DNA of 31,951 bases from an uncultured Erysipelotrichaceae bacterium (GCA_964401865.1 CAYNZZ010000013.1:1-31951), one strand, 5' to 3'. Shown: positions 8,695-17,694, counted from the stretch's first letter. A program made the numbers and translations. Notes: a model not told the origin generated them from the sequence alone.

Positions 8695-9768
8695 TTATTT
8701 TTCTTCGTACATATAGAACATATAATACTCATCAAAAGTTAAACCAGATTCATATATTTTTTTAGCTAAGTCTTCACCAACATATCTTAAATAATATGGC
8801 ATAGCTTTTTGTCCGGTAATGCTTTCTTTGTTATCTGGATAACGGAAGATAAAACCATATTTATGTGCGTTTTCTTGAAGCCATTTGTATTCAGCTGTTT
8901 CATTGAATTTGGCTAAACTCTCATTTTCAATGCTTAAGACCGATACCGATAATCCGCTTTGGTTGTCAAGGAATCCTGGTCTAGTCGTATTTCTATCAGC
9001 CTCCTGAACAGAATCATACGAATCATAGACAGTCTTTTGATCTTCGTAACTGCGATATGCACTAACAGCATAGATGCCTAAATCTTCCCTGCTGATTGCA
9101 TCACATAGTTTCTGAAAAGCTTCTAGAGCTTTTGATTCTAGATAAATACCACCGGTTGATAATCGACTTGGTATTTCGACTAATTTGCTTGGTGCATATT
9201 CGCCGATCGATGATTTCAAAGAAACAAATACTTCTATACTATCATCGTTACTTTTCTCGATAATATTTTGATATGGATTTAGATAATCATTAGTTAATAT
9301 AAATGTATCTTTATTATTTTCAGCATGACTAAGGCAATCGTTTATGTATGTGTCGATATTGTCTAATTTGTCAAAAACCAGTAGAGGAGTTAGAGAGTAA
9401 TAATCTAACTTATCATACAATTTTGTCAATTCTTCTTGATTGTATTTTTTTATTTCGATTAGTCTTTCGTATAAATCGAATGATTTCTGATCTAAATTAT
9501 CACTCACTGCGTATAAGAAGATATACTTGGCATTAAAAGAATCTTTTGTAACTTCGCTATTCAGATAATCACTGTAGTAGTTATTCTTTAGTATTTCTCT
9601 TCTTATTCTTTTTTGATAAATTGATTCAATTGCTTCATCACTGTAACCTAAATTCTCTAATTTAGTTACATTGATAAAGTGAGGAATCTTGTAGATAGAT
9701 ATTCCCACTAGCAAGACAAATGCTAATAAGGAAATGAAAAGACCATTTATTACTCTTTTCTTTTTCAT
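8695..9768 (-). CDS. membrane-anchored VanY/M15B D,D-carboxypeptidase homologue with substituted active-site residues
   Basis: AGGAGG RBS and an N-terminal TM anchor. The C-terminal region is collinear with VanY motifs (SAYRSYEDQ, YGFIFRYP, LRYVG). However, SEHQTGLAxD reads LDNQSGLSVS and EPWH reads MPYY. Confidence 0.7.
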   Translation of the reverse strand: MKKKRVINGLFISLLAFVLLVGISIYKIPHFINVTKLENLGYSDEAIESIYQKRIRREILKNNYYSDYLNSEVTKDSFNAKYIFLYAVSDNLDQKSFDLYERLIEIKKYNQEELTKLYDKLDYYSLTPLLVFDKLDNIDTYINDCLSHAENNKDTFILTNDYLNPYQNIIEKSNDDSIEVFVSLKSSIGEYAPSKLVEIPSRLSTGGIYLESKALEAFQKLCDAISREDLGIYAVSAYRSYEDQKTVYDSYDSVQEADRNTTRPGFLDNQSGLSVSVLSIENESLAKFNETAEYKWLQENAHKYGFIFRYPDNKESITGQKAMPYYLRYVGEDLAKKIYESGLTFDEYYMFYMYEEK

Positions 9769-9779
9769 GGTGTCCTCCT

Positions 9780-10424
9780 TTAAATATCGAATGGATAACG
9801 ATCAGTTGAAGCTTCAAAACTAATTGTTTCATTTAATGTTGGATGAATGAAACTGATACGATATGCCCATAAAGCGATCTGCTCACCCTTTCTGGCTTTT
9901 GGATTATATCTTTGATCGCCATATAGTGGCCAATTTCTGGATGAGAACTGAACTCTGATCTGATGTGATCTTCCGGTTTTTAGAAAGATGTGAACAAGAG
10001 CCATATGTTTGGCTTTTTTGATGCAATGATAATCTAATATGGCTAGTTTGCCATTTTTATTGACGGTTACGGTATTGGTTTTAGAATCTTTTAATAAGAA
10101 GTCTTCTAAGTGTCCCTCATCTGGTAATTGATCATTATCAATTACAGCTAAATATTCTTTTTTAAATTCGTGATTTTTAATTTGTTTGCTAAGCCTTGAG
10201 GCTGCTTTAGAAGTCTTGGCAAAAACACAAACCCCACCAACTGGTCTATCTAGACGATGGACTAATCCGACATAGACATTTCCTGGTTTTTGATATTTTT
10301 CTTTGATATAGTTTTTAACCATAGTCAAGAAATCTAAATCTTTAGAATCATCGGCTTGCATGGGTACATTTATCGGTTTAACCGTTACAAGAAGATGATT
10401 GTCTTCGTATAGGATATCAATCAT
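9780..10424 (-). CDS. RluA-family pseudouridine synthase
   Basis: Catalytic motif HRLDRPVGG, plus GRSHQIR. I prefer the start at 10424 (MIDILYEDNHLLV), which has a GGTGGGA RBS and an 8-nt ATGATTGA overlap with the upstream stop. Confidence 0.8.
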   Translation of the reverse strand: MIDILYEDNHLLVTVKPINVPMQADDSKDLDFLTMVKNYIKEKYQKPGNVYVGLVHRLDRPVGGVCVFAKTSKAASRLSKQIKNHEFKKEYLAVIDNDQLPDEGHLEDFLLKDSKTNTVTVNKNGKLAILDYHCIKKAKHMALVHIFLKTGRSHQIRVQFSSRNWPLYGDQRYNPKARKGEQIALWAYRISFIHPTLNETISFEASTDRYPFDI

Positions 10425-11286
10425 TTTCCCACCTTGTAACAAATCCACATGGTAGATAAAAGTTACTATTTTGGATAGGAATAGTAAGTTCGTCAGAAAT
10501 GATATGGCCTTTTAAATTTTCGGGAATATGCATGCTCAAAACATTTCTTAAAACTGTTTGGCTATAGCCGGTTGTATATGAGTTAATAATTAAAAATAAG
10601 GCATTATTTGACAATAGTTTAACGCTTTCTTCTAAAAGATCATTAATCTTATCTTCAAACTTAAATAATTCGTTATTTGGGCCTCTGCCATATGATGGTG
10701 GATCCATGATAATGCCATCATATCTATGACCTCTTTTAACCTCTCTTTTTAGGAATTTTAGACAGTCATCAACAATATATCTAATGATATGGTTATCAAG
10801 ATGATTTAAATGCATGTTTTCTTTTGCCCAATCAATCATGCCTTTTGCAGCATCGACATGAACAACTTCTTTAGCTCCGGCTTTGCTGGCGGCCATAGTG
10901 GCAGCGCCGGTATAGGCGAATAAGTTTAATACTTTTACATCATCACGTTTAGATTTTTTTATCTTATCGTAAATAAATTTCCAGTTAGCAGCTTGCTCGG
11001 GGAATAGACCGGTATGTTTGAAGTTTGTTGGCGAAACTTTAAAAGTTAAATCATCAAAATCAACAGTCCAAAATGAATCTATTTTTTTAAGATATTCCCA
11101 ATGCCCGCCACCATTACTGGAGCGATGGTATATTGCATCGGCTTTTTTCCACAATTCTGGATTAGTTTTTGGCCATATTGCCATAGGATCAGGACGTCTT
11201 AGAATAATATTTTTCCAAGATTCTAGTTTTTCTTTATCACCTGCATCTAATAATTGATAATCTTTAAAATCGTTATTTGTAATCAT
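10417..11286 (-). CDS. class I SAM-dependent methyltransferase (RlmI/RlmK-like catalytic domain)
   Basis: SAM motif I NLFAYTGAATMAA and motif IV IIMDPPSYG. 289 aa. Confidence 0.7.
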   Translation of the reverse strand: MITNNDFKDYQLLDAGDKEKLESWKNIILRRPDPMAIWPKTNPELWKKADAIYHRSSNGGGHWEYLKKIDSFWTVDFDDLTFKVSPTNFKHTGLFPEQAANWKFIYDKIKKSKRDDVKVLNLFAYTGAATMAASKAGAKEVVHVDAAKGMIDWAKENMHLNHLDNHIIRYIVDDCLKFLKREVKRGHRYDGIIMDPPSYGRGPNNELFKFEDKINDLLEESVKLLSNNALFLIINSYTTGYSQTVLRNVLSMHIPENLKGHIISDELTIPIQNSNFYLPCGFVTRWEND

Positions 11287-11298
11287 GACTAAATTATA
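11287..11298 (-). promoter_or_regulatory. -10 box of a leaderless methyltransferase promoter (TATAAT-N6-ATG)
   Basis: The minus strand reads gtTATAATttagtcATG, with the hexamer at 11293-11298. No Shine-Dalgarno. Confidence 0.5.
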
Positions 11299-11355
11299 AC
11301 ATATTATATGAATAATGATTTCGTGTATAATTATTAAGCAAAAGGAGGATTTGTG

Positions 11356-13497
11356 ATGATAAAGTATTCAAATTTGAATGATGCTCAAAAAAGAGCGGTG
11401 ATTGATGAGAGCAAGCATTTAAGAATAATTGCTGGAGCAGGAAGCGGCAAGACTCGTGTTTTGACAATGCGCATAGCCTATTTGATTGAAGAATTGAATA
11501 AAGATCCACGCAATATTCTAGCTATCACCTTTACAAATAAAGCAGCTAATGAAATGAAATCAAGAATCAACGAGATGTTAAAAGAAAAGGGTACCGGTGC
11601 GTTTATTTCGACTATTCACTCTTTATGCGTCAGAATATTAAGTGAAGATATTAGGGCTTTAAATTATCCTAAAAATTTTACTATTGTCGATTCCGATGAT
11701 CAAAAACAAATCCTTAAAGAAGCTTATAAAGCTCATTCATTAGATAAAAGAGATTATAGCTACGGTTCAATGTTAGAATACATCTCTAATAATAAAAGTG
11801 AGGATGTATCGTTTGAAAGAGCTTATGAATTAGCTTTAGGCGACGAAAGACAAACCAATAAAGCGAAGGTGTATGAGTATTACCAAAAAAGATTAGCCAG
11901 TGTTTATGGTTTAGATTTTGATGACTTAATAATTTGGACAATCAGACTATTTGATCTGTTTCCAGATATTAAGAATAAATGGTCGTCACGTTTTCATTAC
12001 ATCATGGTCGATGAATTTCAAGATGTCGATCGACTTCAATATAAATTGATCAAGCAATTATCTTGCGTACATGACAATATATATGTCGTAGGCGATCCAG
12101 ATCAAACTATTTATACATGGCGTGGTGCCGATGTAGGAATCATCATTAACTTTGAAAGAGATTTTAATGACACTAAAACAATTTTTCTAAATGAAAATTA
12201 TCGTTCGACCGGCAATATTTTAAACGGAGCTAATAGTGTAATTAAGAATAATAAAATGCGTTTAGAAAAAGAGCTTTTTTCTAGTAGTGGTATGGGCGAT
12301 AAGATAGTTCATAAATCTTTGGGTAGTGAAGATGAAGAAAGCTATTTTGTGGCTGCAAGAATTGAAAAACTGCATGACCAAGGTTATGCCTATAAAGATA
12401 TTGCTGTTTTATATCGTTCTAATTACTTGTCGAGAAATATCGAAAAAGTATTAATGGAAAAACAGATACCTTATGTGATATATGGTGGCATTCGTTTCTA
12501 TGAAAGAGCCGAGATTAAAGACATGCTTTCGTATTTGAGAATGATTACGACCAATGATGATTTAGCTTTCATCAGAACGATTAATAATCCCAAAAGAGGC
12601 ATAGGTCAAAAGACTATTGATAGTATTTTGGAATTAGCTAGACAAGAAGATTCTACGATGTTTGATGTGGTAGCTGCTGGCAAGTATGGCAAAAATAAAG
12701 AAGTTTTATCTGGCTATATAAAGATGATTAATCGATGGAAAGAAGCATTGAAAACTAATGATGAGGATTTAGAACATCTATTTCAAATGGTTCTGGATGA
12801 AAGTGGATATCGTATGATGCTGGAAAATGAAAAAGAAACCGAAAGACTTGAAAATATCAAGGCTTTAATGGATGATATTGTCAATTATCAAAAAGTATAT
12901 CCGGGTTCAAAATTAGATGACTACTTGCAGAATATTGCCTTATATACTGAAAAAAATAGTGAAAAAAGCTCTGATTCAGTCAACTTATTGACTGTTCATA
13001 GTGCTAAAGGACTTGAGTTCAATGTCGTGTTTGTTATTGGATTATCAGAAAATATATTTCCAAGCCGTATATCAATGGAAGAGGGATTGAAAGGTTTAGA
13101 AGAAGAAAGAAGACTTGCGTATGTTGCGTATACAAGAGCGAGAGAAAAGTTGTTTTTAACTGATAATACTGCATATTCGTTTGTCACTCAAACATCTAAG
13201 AGTTCTTCTAGGTTTATCGATGAAATCGATGAAAAATGCATTAATCATTTAAATGAAGAAGAAAGAAAGAAATTTTCAATCTTTGATGAACCCATTAATA
13301 AAAAGAGTACTGCTTCTTCAGGAAATGTTAAAAGTAAATTTAAAAAAGGTGATATCGTTGTTCATAGTGTATTTAAGGAAGGTGTTGTTCTTAAAGAAGA
13401 AAACGGTATATTGGAAATTGCCTTTCCGTTTCCGCATGGTGTTAAAAAGATTTTAGCTTCACATCCTTCGATTAGGAAAAAGGAGTTATTATCATGA
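11356..13497 (+). CDS. pcrA: ATP-dependent DNA helicase PcrA (UvrD family, SF1)
   Basis: Motifs AGAGSGKTRVLT, DEFQD, VGDPDQTIYTWRGA, TVHSAKGLEF and AYVAYTRAREKL. GGAGG lies 7 nt before the ATG at 11356; the track's GTG at 11353 is too close to it. Confidence 0.9.
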   Translation: MIKYSNLNDAQKRAVIDESKHLRIIAGAGSGKTRVLTMRIAYLIEELNKDPRNILAITFTNKAANEMKSRINEMLKEKGTGAFISTIHSLCVRILSEDIRALNYPKNFTIVDSDDQKQILKEAYKAHSLDKRDYSYGSMLEYISNNKSEDVSFERAYELALGDERQTNKAKVYEYYQKRLASVYGLDFDDLIIWTIRLFDLFPDIKNKWSSRFHYIMVDEFQDVDRLQYKLIKQLSCVHDNIYVVGDPDQTIYTWRGADVGIIINFERDFNDTKTIFLNENYRSTGNILNGANSVIKNNKMRLEKELFSSSGMGDKIVHKSLGSEDEESYFVAARIEKLHDQGYAYKDIAVLYRSNYLSRNIEKVLMEKQIPYVIYGGIRFYERAEIKDMLSYLRMITTNDDLAFIRTINNPKRGIGQKTIDSILELARQEDSTMFDVVAAGKYGKNKEVLSGYIKMINRWKEALKTNDEDLEHLFQMVLDESGYRMMLENEKETERLENIKALMDDIVNYQKVYPGSKLDDYLQNIALYTEKNSEKSSDSVNLLTVHSAKGLEFNVVFVIGLSENIFPSRISMEEGLKGLEEERRLAYVAYTRAREKLFLTDNTAYSFVTQTSKSSSRFIDEIDEKCINHLNEEERKKFSIFDEPINKKSTASSGNVKSKFKKGDIVVHSVFKEGVVLKEENGILEIAFPFPHGVKKILASHPSIRKKELLS

Positions 13498-13976
13498 TTG
13501 AGTTAGCTAAGTTGGACGACATATTAGTTTTAGAAAACATTATTGATGAAGCTAAGACTTATATGAAAGAAAATAACATTGATCAATGGCAAGATGGCTA
13601 TCCTAATGCAGATACTTTGAAGAATGACATTGCCAAGAATCAATTATATGCTTTAAAGGACGAGGGAAAAATCATCGGCTTATTTGCAATGATTGATTAT
13701 GAAAAAACTTATGAATATATTGAAGATGGTAAATGGGGAAATAACGATAAATATCTAGCTATTCATCGTGTAGCAATTAAAAAAGAACATAAGGGTAAGG
13801 GATATGTCAAAGAGATATTTGACTATGCTAAGAGAAAATGCGAACATTTACGAATCGATACTCATAAAGATAACTTGTCGATGCAAAGAGCAATAGTGAA
13901 AAACGGTTTTATCTATTGTGGAATTATCTATTTAGAAAGTGGTGCCAAGCGTCTTGCGTATGAATATTGTAGGTAG
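13494..13976 (+). CDS. GNAT-family N-acetyltransferase
   Basis: ATGA overlap with pcrA. Motif A is IHRVAIKKEHKGKGYVKEIF. 160 aa. Confidence 0.7.
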   Translation: MIELAKLDDILVLENIIDEAKTYMKENNIDQWQDGYPNADTLKNDIAKNQLYALKDEGKIIGLFAMIDYEKTYEYIEDGKWGNNDKYLAIHRVAIKKEHKGKGYVKEIFDYAKRKCEHLRIDTHKDNLSMQRAIVKNGFIYCGIIYLESGAKRLAYEYCR

Positions 13977-13997
13977 TTACACAGTTTAAGCGAGATG

Positions 13998-14021
13998 AGT
14001 TCATTTATTGATTAATGAACT
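13998..14021 (+). terminator. possible weak terminator hairpin after the pcrA-GNAT unit
   Basis: agttcatt-tattgatt-aatgaact forms an 8-bp AT-rich stem. There is no immediate T-run; the nearest (ttttt) is 13 nt downstream. Confidence 0.3.
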
Positions 14022-14119
14022 ATCGAAATTATTGTTTTTCATGCGAAAGATTTATTATCAATTTGTAAAAGATGAATAATAGTAATAAAGTTAAGGTATG
14101 TAAATTTAGGAGGAAATTT

Positions 14120-15151
14120 ATGAAAAAATTATTAACGTTTATCGTTACTGGTTTTTTGTGTTTATCAATGGTTGCTTGTTCTAGTAACAATGATCCAAAA
14201 CCAGTCGAAACCACAACACCTAATCCAACAGAAACTACCGATGGAAGTTTAAAAGTTGGTCTTGGTTCAGTTACAAGTATGAAACTGACTTCTAAGAGTG
14301 ATGATCAAGAGGCTTCGACTCAATATAATACTACTTATGCATTAGTTGTATTAAATGAAGACGGAACAATCGCTCAAGCTCAAATTGATGTTGCCCAGAA
14401 TACAGTTGGTTTTGACGGTACTGCCGAAGCTGCTCCTACAAAACTAGAAAAGAAGGGCGACTATGGTATGCAAATCGCTTCTTCACTTGAAAAAGGTGAA
14501 TGGTTTGAACAAGCCGCTGCTTTTGAAGAATGGTGTGTAGGTAAAACTATTGCTGAAATTAAGAGCGCCGAACTTGGACAAACAGGTAATGGACATGGTG
14601 GTGCGGTTGTTGAACTTGCTTCAAGCTGCACAATGTCTGCTGAAGATTTTATTGCTGCATTAGATAAGGCAGCTTCAAATGCTGTTGATGCTAACGGAGC
14701 TACAACATTTGGTTTTGCTTCAGTTACAAGTTTAAAATCTGTTGCTGCCAGTGAAGATGTTGCCGCTTCAAATGGCGCTGATACTACAATTTCTGTTGTA
14801 GGTATGGACGGAGATAAAGTTAAGGTTGTAATTACCGATGTTGCTCAAAATACTTCAAGCATGGATGCTGACGGTGTTGTAACAGGTGAAGTTGCTCCTA
14901 CAAAACTAGAAAAACAAGGCGACTATGGTATGCAAATCGCTTCTTCACTTGAAAAAGGCGAATGGTTTGAACAAATCGCTGCATTTAATGAATGGTGTGT
15001 AGGTAAAACTATTGCCGAAATTACTGCTGCTGAATTAGGACAAACAGGTAATGGACATGGCGGTGCGGTTGTTGAACTTGCTTCAAGCTGCACAATGTCT
15101 GCTGAAGATTTTATTGCTGCACTACAAAAAGCTGTTGAAGCTGCAAAATAG
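14120..15151 (+). CDS. lipoprotein of unknown function built from two tandem ~154-aa units
   Basis: AGGAGG RBS 8 nt before the ATG at 14120. Signal peptide plus lipobox: MKKLLTFIVTGFLCLSMVAC. An internal duplication is visible at both the protein and DNA level. Confidence 0.8.
   Translation: MKKLLTFIVTGFLCLSMVACSSNNDPKPVETTTPNPTETTDGSLKVGLGSVTSMKLTSKSDDQEASTQYNTTYALVVLNEDGTIAQAQIDVAQNTVGFDGTAEAAPTKLEKKGDYGMQIASSLEKGEWFEQAAAFEEWCVGKTIAEIKSAELGQTGNGHGGAVVELASSCTMSAEDFIAALDKAASNAVDANGATTFGFASVTSLKSVAASEDVAASNGADTTISVVGMDGDKVKVVITDVAQNTSSMDADGVVTGEVAPTKLEKQGDYGMQIASSLEKGEWFEQIAAFNEWCVGKTIAEITAAELGQTGNGHGGAVVELASSCTMSAEDFIAALQKAVEAAK
14432..14659 (+). repeat. intragenic direct repeat, copy 1 (228 bp)
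   Basis: Aligns without gaps to 14894-15121. By my hand count there are about 19 mismatches in 228 nt, and the last 60 nt are identical. Confidence 0.85.
14894..15121 (+). repeat. intragenic direct repeat, copy 2 (228 bp)
   Basis: Offset from copy 1 is exactly 462 bp (154 codons, in frame). It encodes APTKLEK.GDYGMQIASSLEKGEWFEQ...GNGHGGAVVELASSCTMSAEDFIAAL. Confidence 0.85.
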
Positions 15152-15184
15152 TATTGATATAGAATTGTATGAATCACAAAAAAA

Positions 15185-15209
15185 CCTAGAGTATTCTCTA
15201 GGTTTTTTT
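15185..15209 (+). terminator. rho-independent terminator of the lipoprotein gene
   Basis: cctagag-tatt-ctctagg followed by ttttttt. Confidence 0.85.
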
Positions 15210-15347
15210 GTTGAACAAAACCCACAGATTGTCTGCAAGTGGTTAATTATAAGTTTATAGCACATAAGCAATGAAGCAACCTTTTTATTATGAGAAAATA
15301 TCTACCAATTAAATATTCTCATTTGTATTTATATGTCAAAAAGTATC

Positions 15348-15370
15348 AAAAAAAGCCCTAAAAACAGGGC
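15348..15370 (-). terminator. rho-independent terminator downstream of tRNA-His
   Basis: The minus strand reads gccctgtttttagggc followed by ttttttt. Confidence 0.7.
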
Positions 15371-15383
15371 TTAATTTTTAACA

Positions 15384-15461
15384 TGGGGCGATTGACGAGA
15401 CTCGAACTCGCGAATGCCAGAGCCACAATCTGGTGTGTTAACCAGCTTCACCACAACCGCC
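15384..15461 (-). tRNA. tRNA-His (anticodon GTG)
   Basis: The reverse complement reads GGCGGTTGTGGTGAAGCTGGTTAACACACCAGATTGTGGCTCTGGCATTCGCGAGTTCGAGTCTCGTCAATCGCCCCA. It has the extra G-1 pairing with C73, the anticodon loop TTGTGGC, a GTTCGAG T-loop and an encoded CCA. Confidence 0.93.
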
Positions 15462-15535
15462 ATACTTTAATATTGTACAAAATATATAGAATAAAGTAAA
15501 GCAAAATGTGATACAATTCTTTAAAAGGATATTTT

Positions 15536-16024
15536 ATGCAAAGAAGAGATAAAGTAAATTATTATTTAGATTTAGCTGATGTAGTTTCCAAAAGAGGAAC
15601 ATGTCTTAGAAGACACTATGGCGCAGTTATTGTCAATAACGATGAAGTAATATCGACAGGTTATGTTGGCGCACCTAGGGGAAGAAAGAATTGTTCGGAC
15701 TTAGGCTACTGTATCAGGCAAGAATTGAATATACCTCGTGGGGAACGATATGAATTATGTCGTAGCGTACATGCCGAAGCTAATGCTATAATAAGTGCTA
15801 GTCGAGATAAAATGCTTGGTGCCACTTTATATTTGTCAGGAAGAGAAGTATCAACTGGCAAATATATTAAGAATTCTAATAGTTGTTCGATGTGCAAAAG
15901 AATGATTATTAACGCTGGAATAAAAGAGGTTGTAATAAGAGATTCAGAAGATGAATATCGTGTCATAAATGTTGATGACTGGATTAAAGATGATGAATCA
16001 TTGAATGGTACTCTTGGATATTAA
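15536..16024 (+). CDS. deoxycytidylate (dCMP) deaminase, ComEB-type
   Basis: Zinc motifs HAEANAI and CSMCKRMI. 162 aa, a single-domain protein. Confidence 0.8.
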   Translation: MQRRDKVNYYLDLADVVSKRGTCLRRHYGAVIVNNDEVISTGYVGAPRGRKNCSDLGYCIRQELNIPRGERYELCRSVHAEANAIISASRDKMLGATLYLSGREVSTGKYIKNSNSCSMCKRMIINAGIKEVVIRDSEDEYRVINVDDWIKDDESLNGTLGY

Positions 16025-16026
16025 TT

Positions 16027-16866
16027 ATGGAAAAGATTTGTATATTAACCGACTCGTCGTGTGACATAGATGATATTGAAGCTTCAAGACTAGGGATTGA
16101 AGTTTTGAGAATGCCTGTTGTGATTGAAGGCAAAGAATATATTGATTCCAAAGAAATCGACATTGAAAGAATCAAGACTTTCTTGAAGAATGATATCCCC
16201 GTCAAAACATCACAGGCAACTTTAGGCATGCTTGTAAGAACATATGAAACACTTTTAGATAAATATGATCGAATTATTCATATTCCGTTATCTAGTGGTT
16301 TAAGCGGCATGTATCAGACCTCTTTAATGCAATCGAAGTTATATGATGGCAGAATTGTGGTAGTGGATGCAAAATGTGCTTGTTACCCTCTTACTCAATT
16401 ATGTCTGGATGTTAAAACTTTAATCGAAAAAGGATATTCACTAAATAAGATCAAAGATATTATCGAAAGTGAAGATTCAATGCTTGAAGCAATTATTATA
16501 CCTAACGATTTAAAATATTTAAAAATGGGCGGAAGAATAACACCTTCGGCTGCAGCTTTAGGTAATTTATTAAGAATTACGCCGATATTATATTTAAAAG
16601 ACGGCATTATTGATGTATATAGTAAAACCCATACTGTTAAAAAAGCTATAAGTAAAGGCTTTGAACCAATCTTAAATGTCGAAGATTATTCTATGTATCA
16701 TTGGATGGTCATTGCCGATGAAAATGATGAATATGCCGAGGAAATAAAAAATGAGCTCCAAAAGATTACTAAACAAGATGTAAGTATCCATGAATTTGGG
16801 GCGGTAATTATTTCACACACTGGCCCGGGAACTATAGCTTATGGAAGGATTAAAAAGATAGCATGA
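16027..16866 (+). CDS. DegV-family fatty-acid-binding protein
   Basis: N-terminus ILTDSSCDI and the overall DegV length and pattern (279 aa). Starts 2 nt after the upstream stop. Confidence 0.8.
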   Translation: MEKICILTDSSCDIDDIEASRLGIEVLRMPVVIEGKEYIDSKEIDIERIKTFLKNDIPVKTSQATLGMLVRTYETLLDKYDRIIHIPLSSGLSGMYQTSLMQSKLYDGRIVVVDAKCACYPLTQLCLDVKTLIEKGYSLNKIKDIIESEDSMLEAIIIPNDLKYLKMGGRITPSAAALGNLLRITPILYLKDGIIDVYSKTHTVKKAISKGFEPILNVEDYSMYHWMVIADENDEYAEEIKNELQKITKQDVSIHEFGAVIISHTGPGTIAYGRIKKIA

Positions 16867-17516
16867 TTGAACTTGACGGCTATTTTTTTAATGTTGAAGT
16901 AGAAAGAAAAAATAATAAAAATATGTATCTATCTTTAAGTGGCAACACGATAAAGGTTCGTTGTCCTTATACTTTAACTGATAAGATGATTGTCGATTTT
17001 ATCGTGGCTAAAAAAGATTGGATTATTAAAATTTATAAAAAAAGCTTTGAAAGTCTTTCAACAATCAATGAACATATCTATTATTTGGGTAAAGAGTATT
17101 TCTGCATTTATTTAAATGGATCTAATAAAGTTAAGATAACTGATGATACCATATATTTGTATGGCAAAGATTTCGATAGTGCTGTTAAACATTTTTATAA
17201 ACATTCAGAGAATACCTTGTTTCTAAATCTAAAAGAGTATGATAAAGAGTTTTATAAGATATTGAATGATTATGGATATCATCAGATACCGGAAATAAGT
17301 TTTAAATATTTAAAAAGGTCGTGGGGCAACTGCTATCCTAAAAAGAACAAGATAAATCTTAATTATCGATTGATTCATTACCCTCCGATATGTTTAAAAG
17401 CAGTGTTCTTACATGAGTGTTTTCATTTTATTTTGCCTAACCACTCTAAAAGATTTCATGATTTGTTGAATTACTATATGCCCGATTATCAAAAGGTTAT
17501 CAAGATATTGCGATAA
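16863..17516 (+). CDS. YgjP/DUF45-type M48-like metallohydrolase
   Basis: ATGA overlap with degV. Motifs WGNC...HECFHF (HExxH)...NHSKRFHDLL..MPDY are typical of YgjP. Confidence 0.75.
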   Translation: MIELDGYFFNVEVERKNNKNMYLSLSGNTIKVRCPYTLTDKMIVDFIVAKKDWIIKIYKKSFESLSTINEHIYYLGKEYFCIYLNGSNKVKITDDTIYLYGKDFDSAVKHFYKHSENTLFLNLKEYDKEFYKILNDYGYHQIPEISFKYLKRSWGNCYPKKNKINLNYRLIHYPPICLKAVFLHECFHFILPNHSKRFHDLLNYYMPDYQKVIKILR

Positions 17517-17522
17517 TTACTC

Positions 17523-17551
17523 TTGAAAGAAATAGTGATAGCGATTACAAT
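17523..17551 (+). promoter_or_regulatory. sigma-A-type promoter (TTGAAA-17 nt-TACAAT)
   Basis: -35 at 17523-17528 and -10 at 17546-17551, beginning 7 nt after the ygjP stop. Confidence 0.6.
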
Positions 17552-17577
17552 TTAATTAAGGAAAGTAGGACATAATC

Positions 17578-17646
17578 ATGGGAATTGTCGCATTGAGTCA
17601 ATTAAATCAAAATTGCAGTTTCTTTTATGAATATGTTTTAATGTGA
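17578..17646 (+). CDS. candidate 22-codon leader ORF (MGIVALSQLNQNCSFFYEYVLM)
   Basis: AGGA lies 7 nt upstream of the ATG. The ORF sits between the promoter and the terminator, and its TGA (17644-17646) overlaps the terminator stem. Confidence 0.4.
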   Translation: MGIVALSQLNQNCSFFYEYVLM

Positions 17647-17666
17647 ACACATCTGTGTTCTTTTTT
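17645..17666 (+). terminator. rho-independent terminator / putative attenuator
   Basis: gaacac-atct-gtgttc followed by tttttt. The AGGAGG of the ankyrin gene starts 13 nt later. Confidence 0.65.
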
Positions 17667-17694
17667 ATATGTTTGATATAGGAGGTATATAGTT

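Noticed and set aside
15226-15347. Imperfect inverted repeat gagaaaatat...aatattctc and AT-rich spacer between the lipoprotein terminator and the tRNA-His terminator.
   Set aside because: The pairing is weak and imperfect, and there are no associated promoter or ORF signals.
15536-16024. dCMP deaminase as a nucleotide-depletion anti-phage defence gene.
   Set aside because: It is a 162-aa single-domain ComEB-type protein without the extra N-terminal kinase-like domain of the defensive dCTP deaminases as I recall them. It sits in a housekeeping-looking operon.
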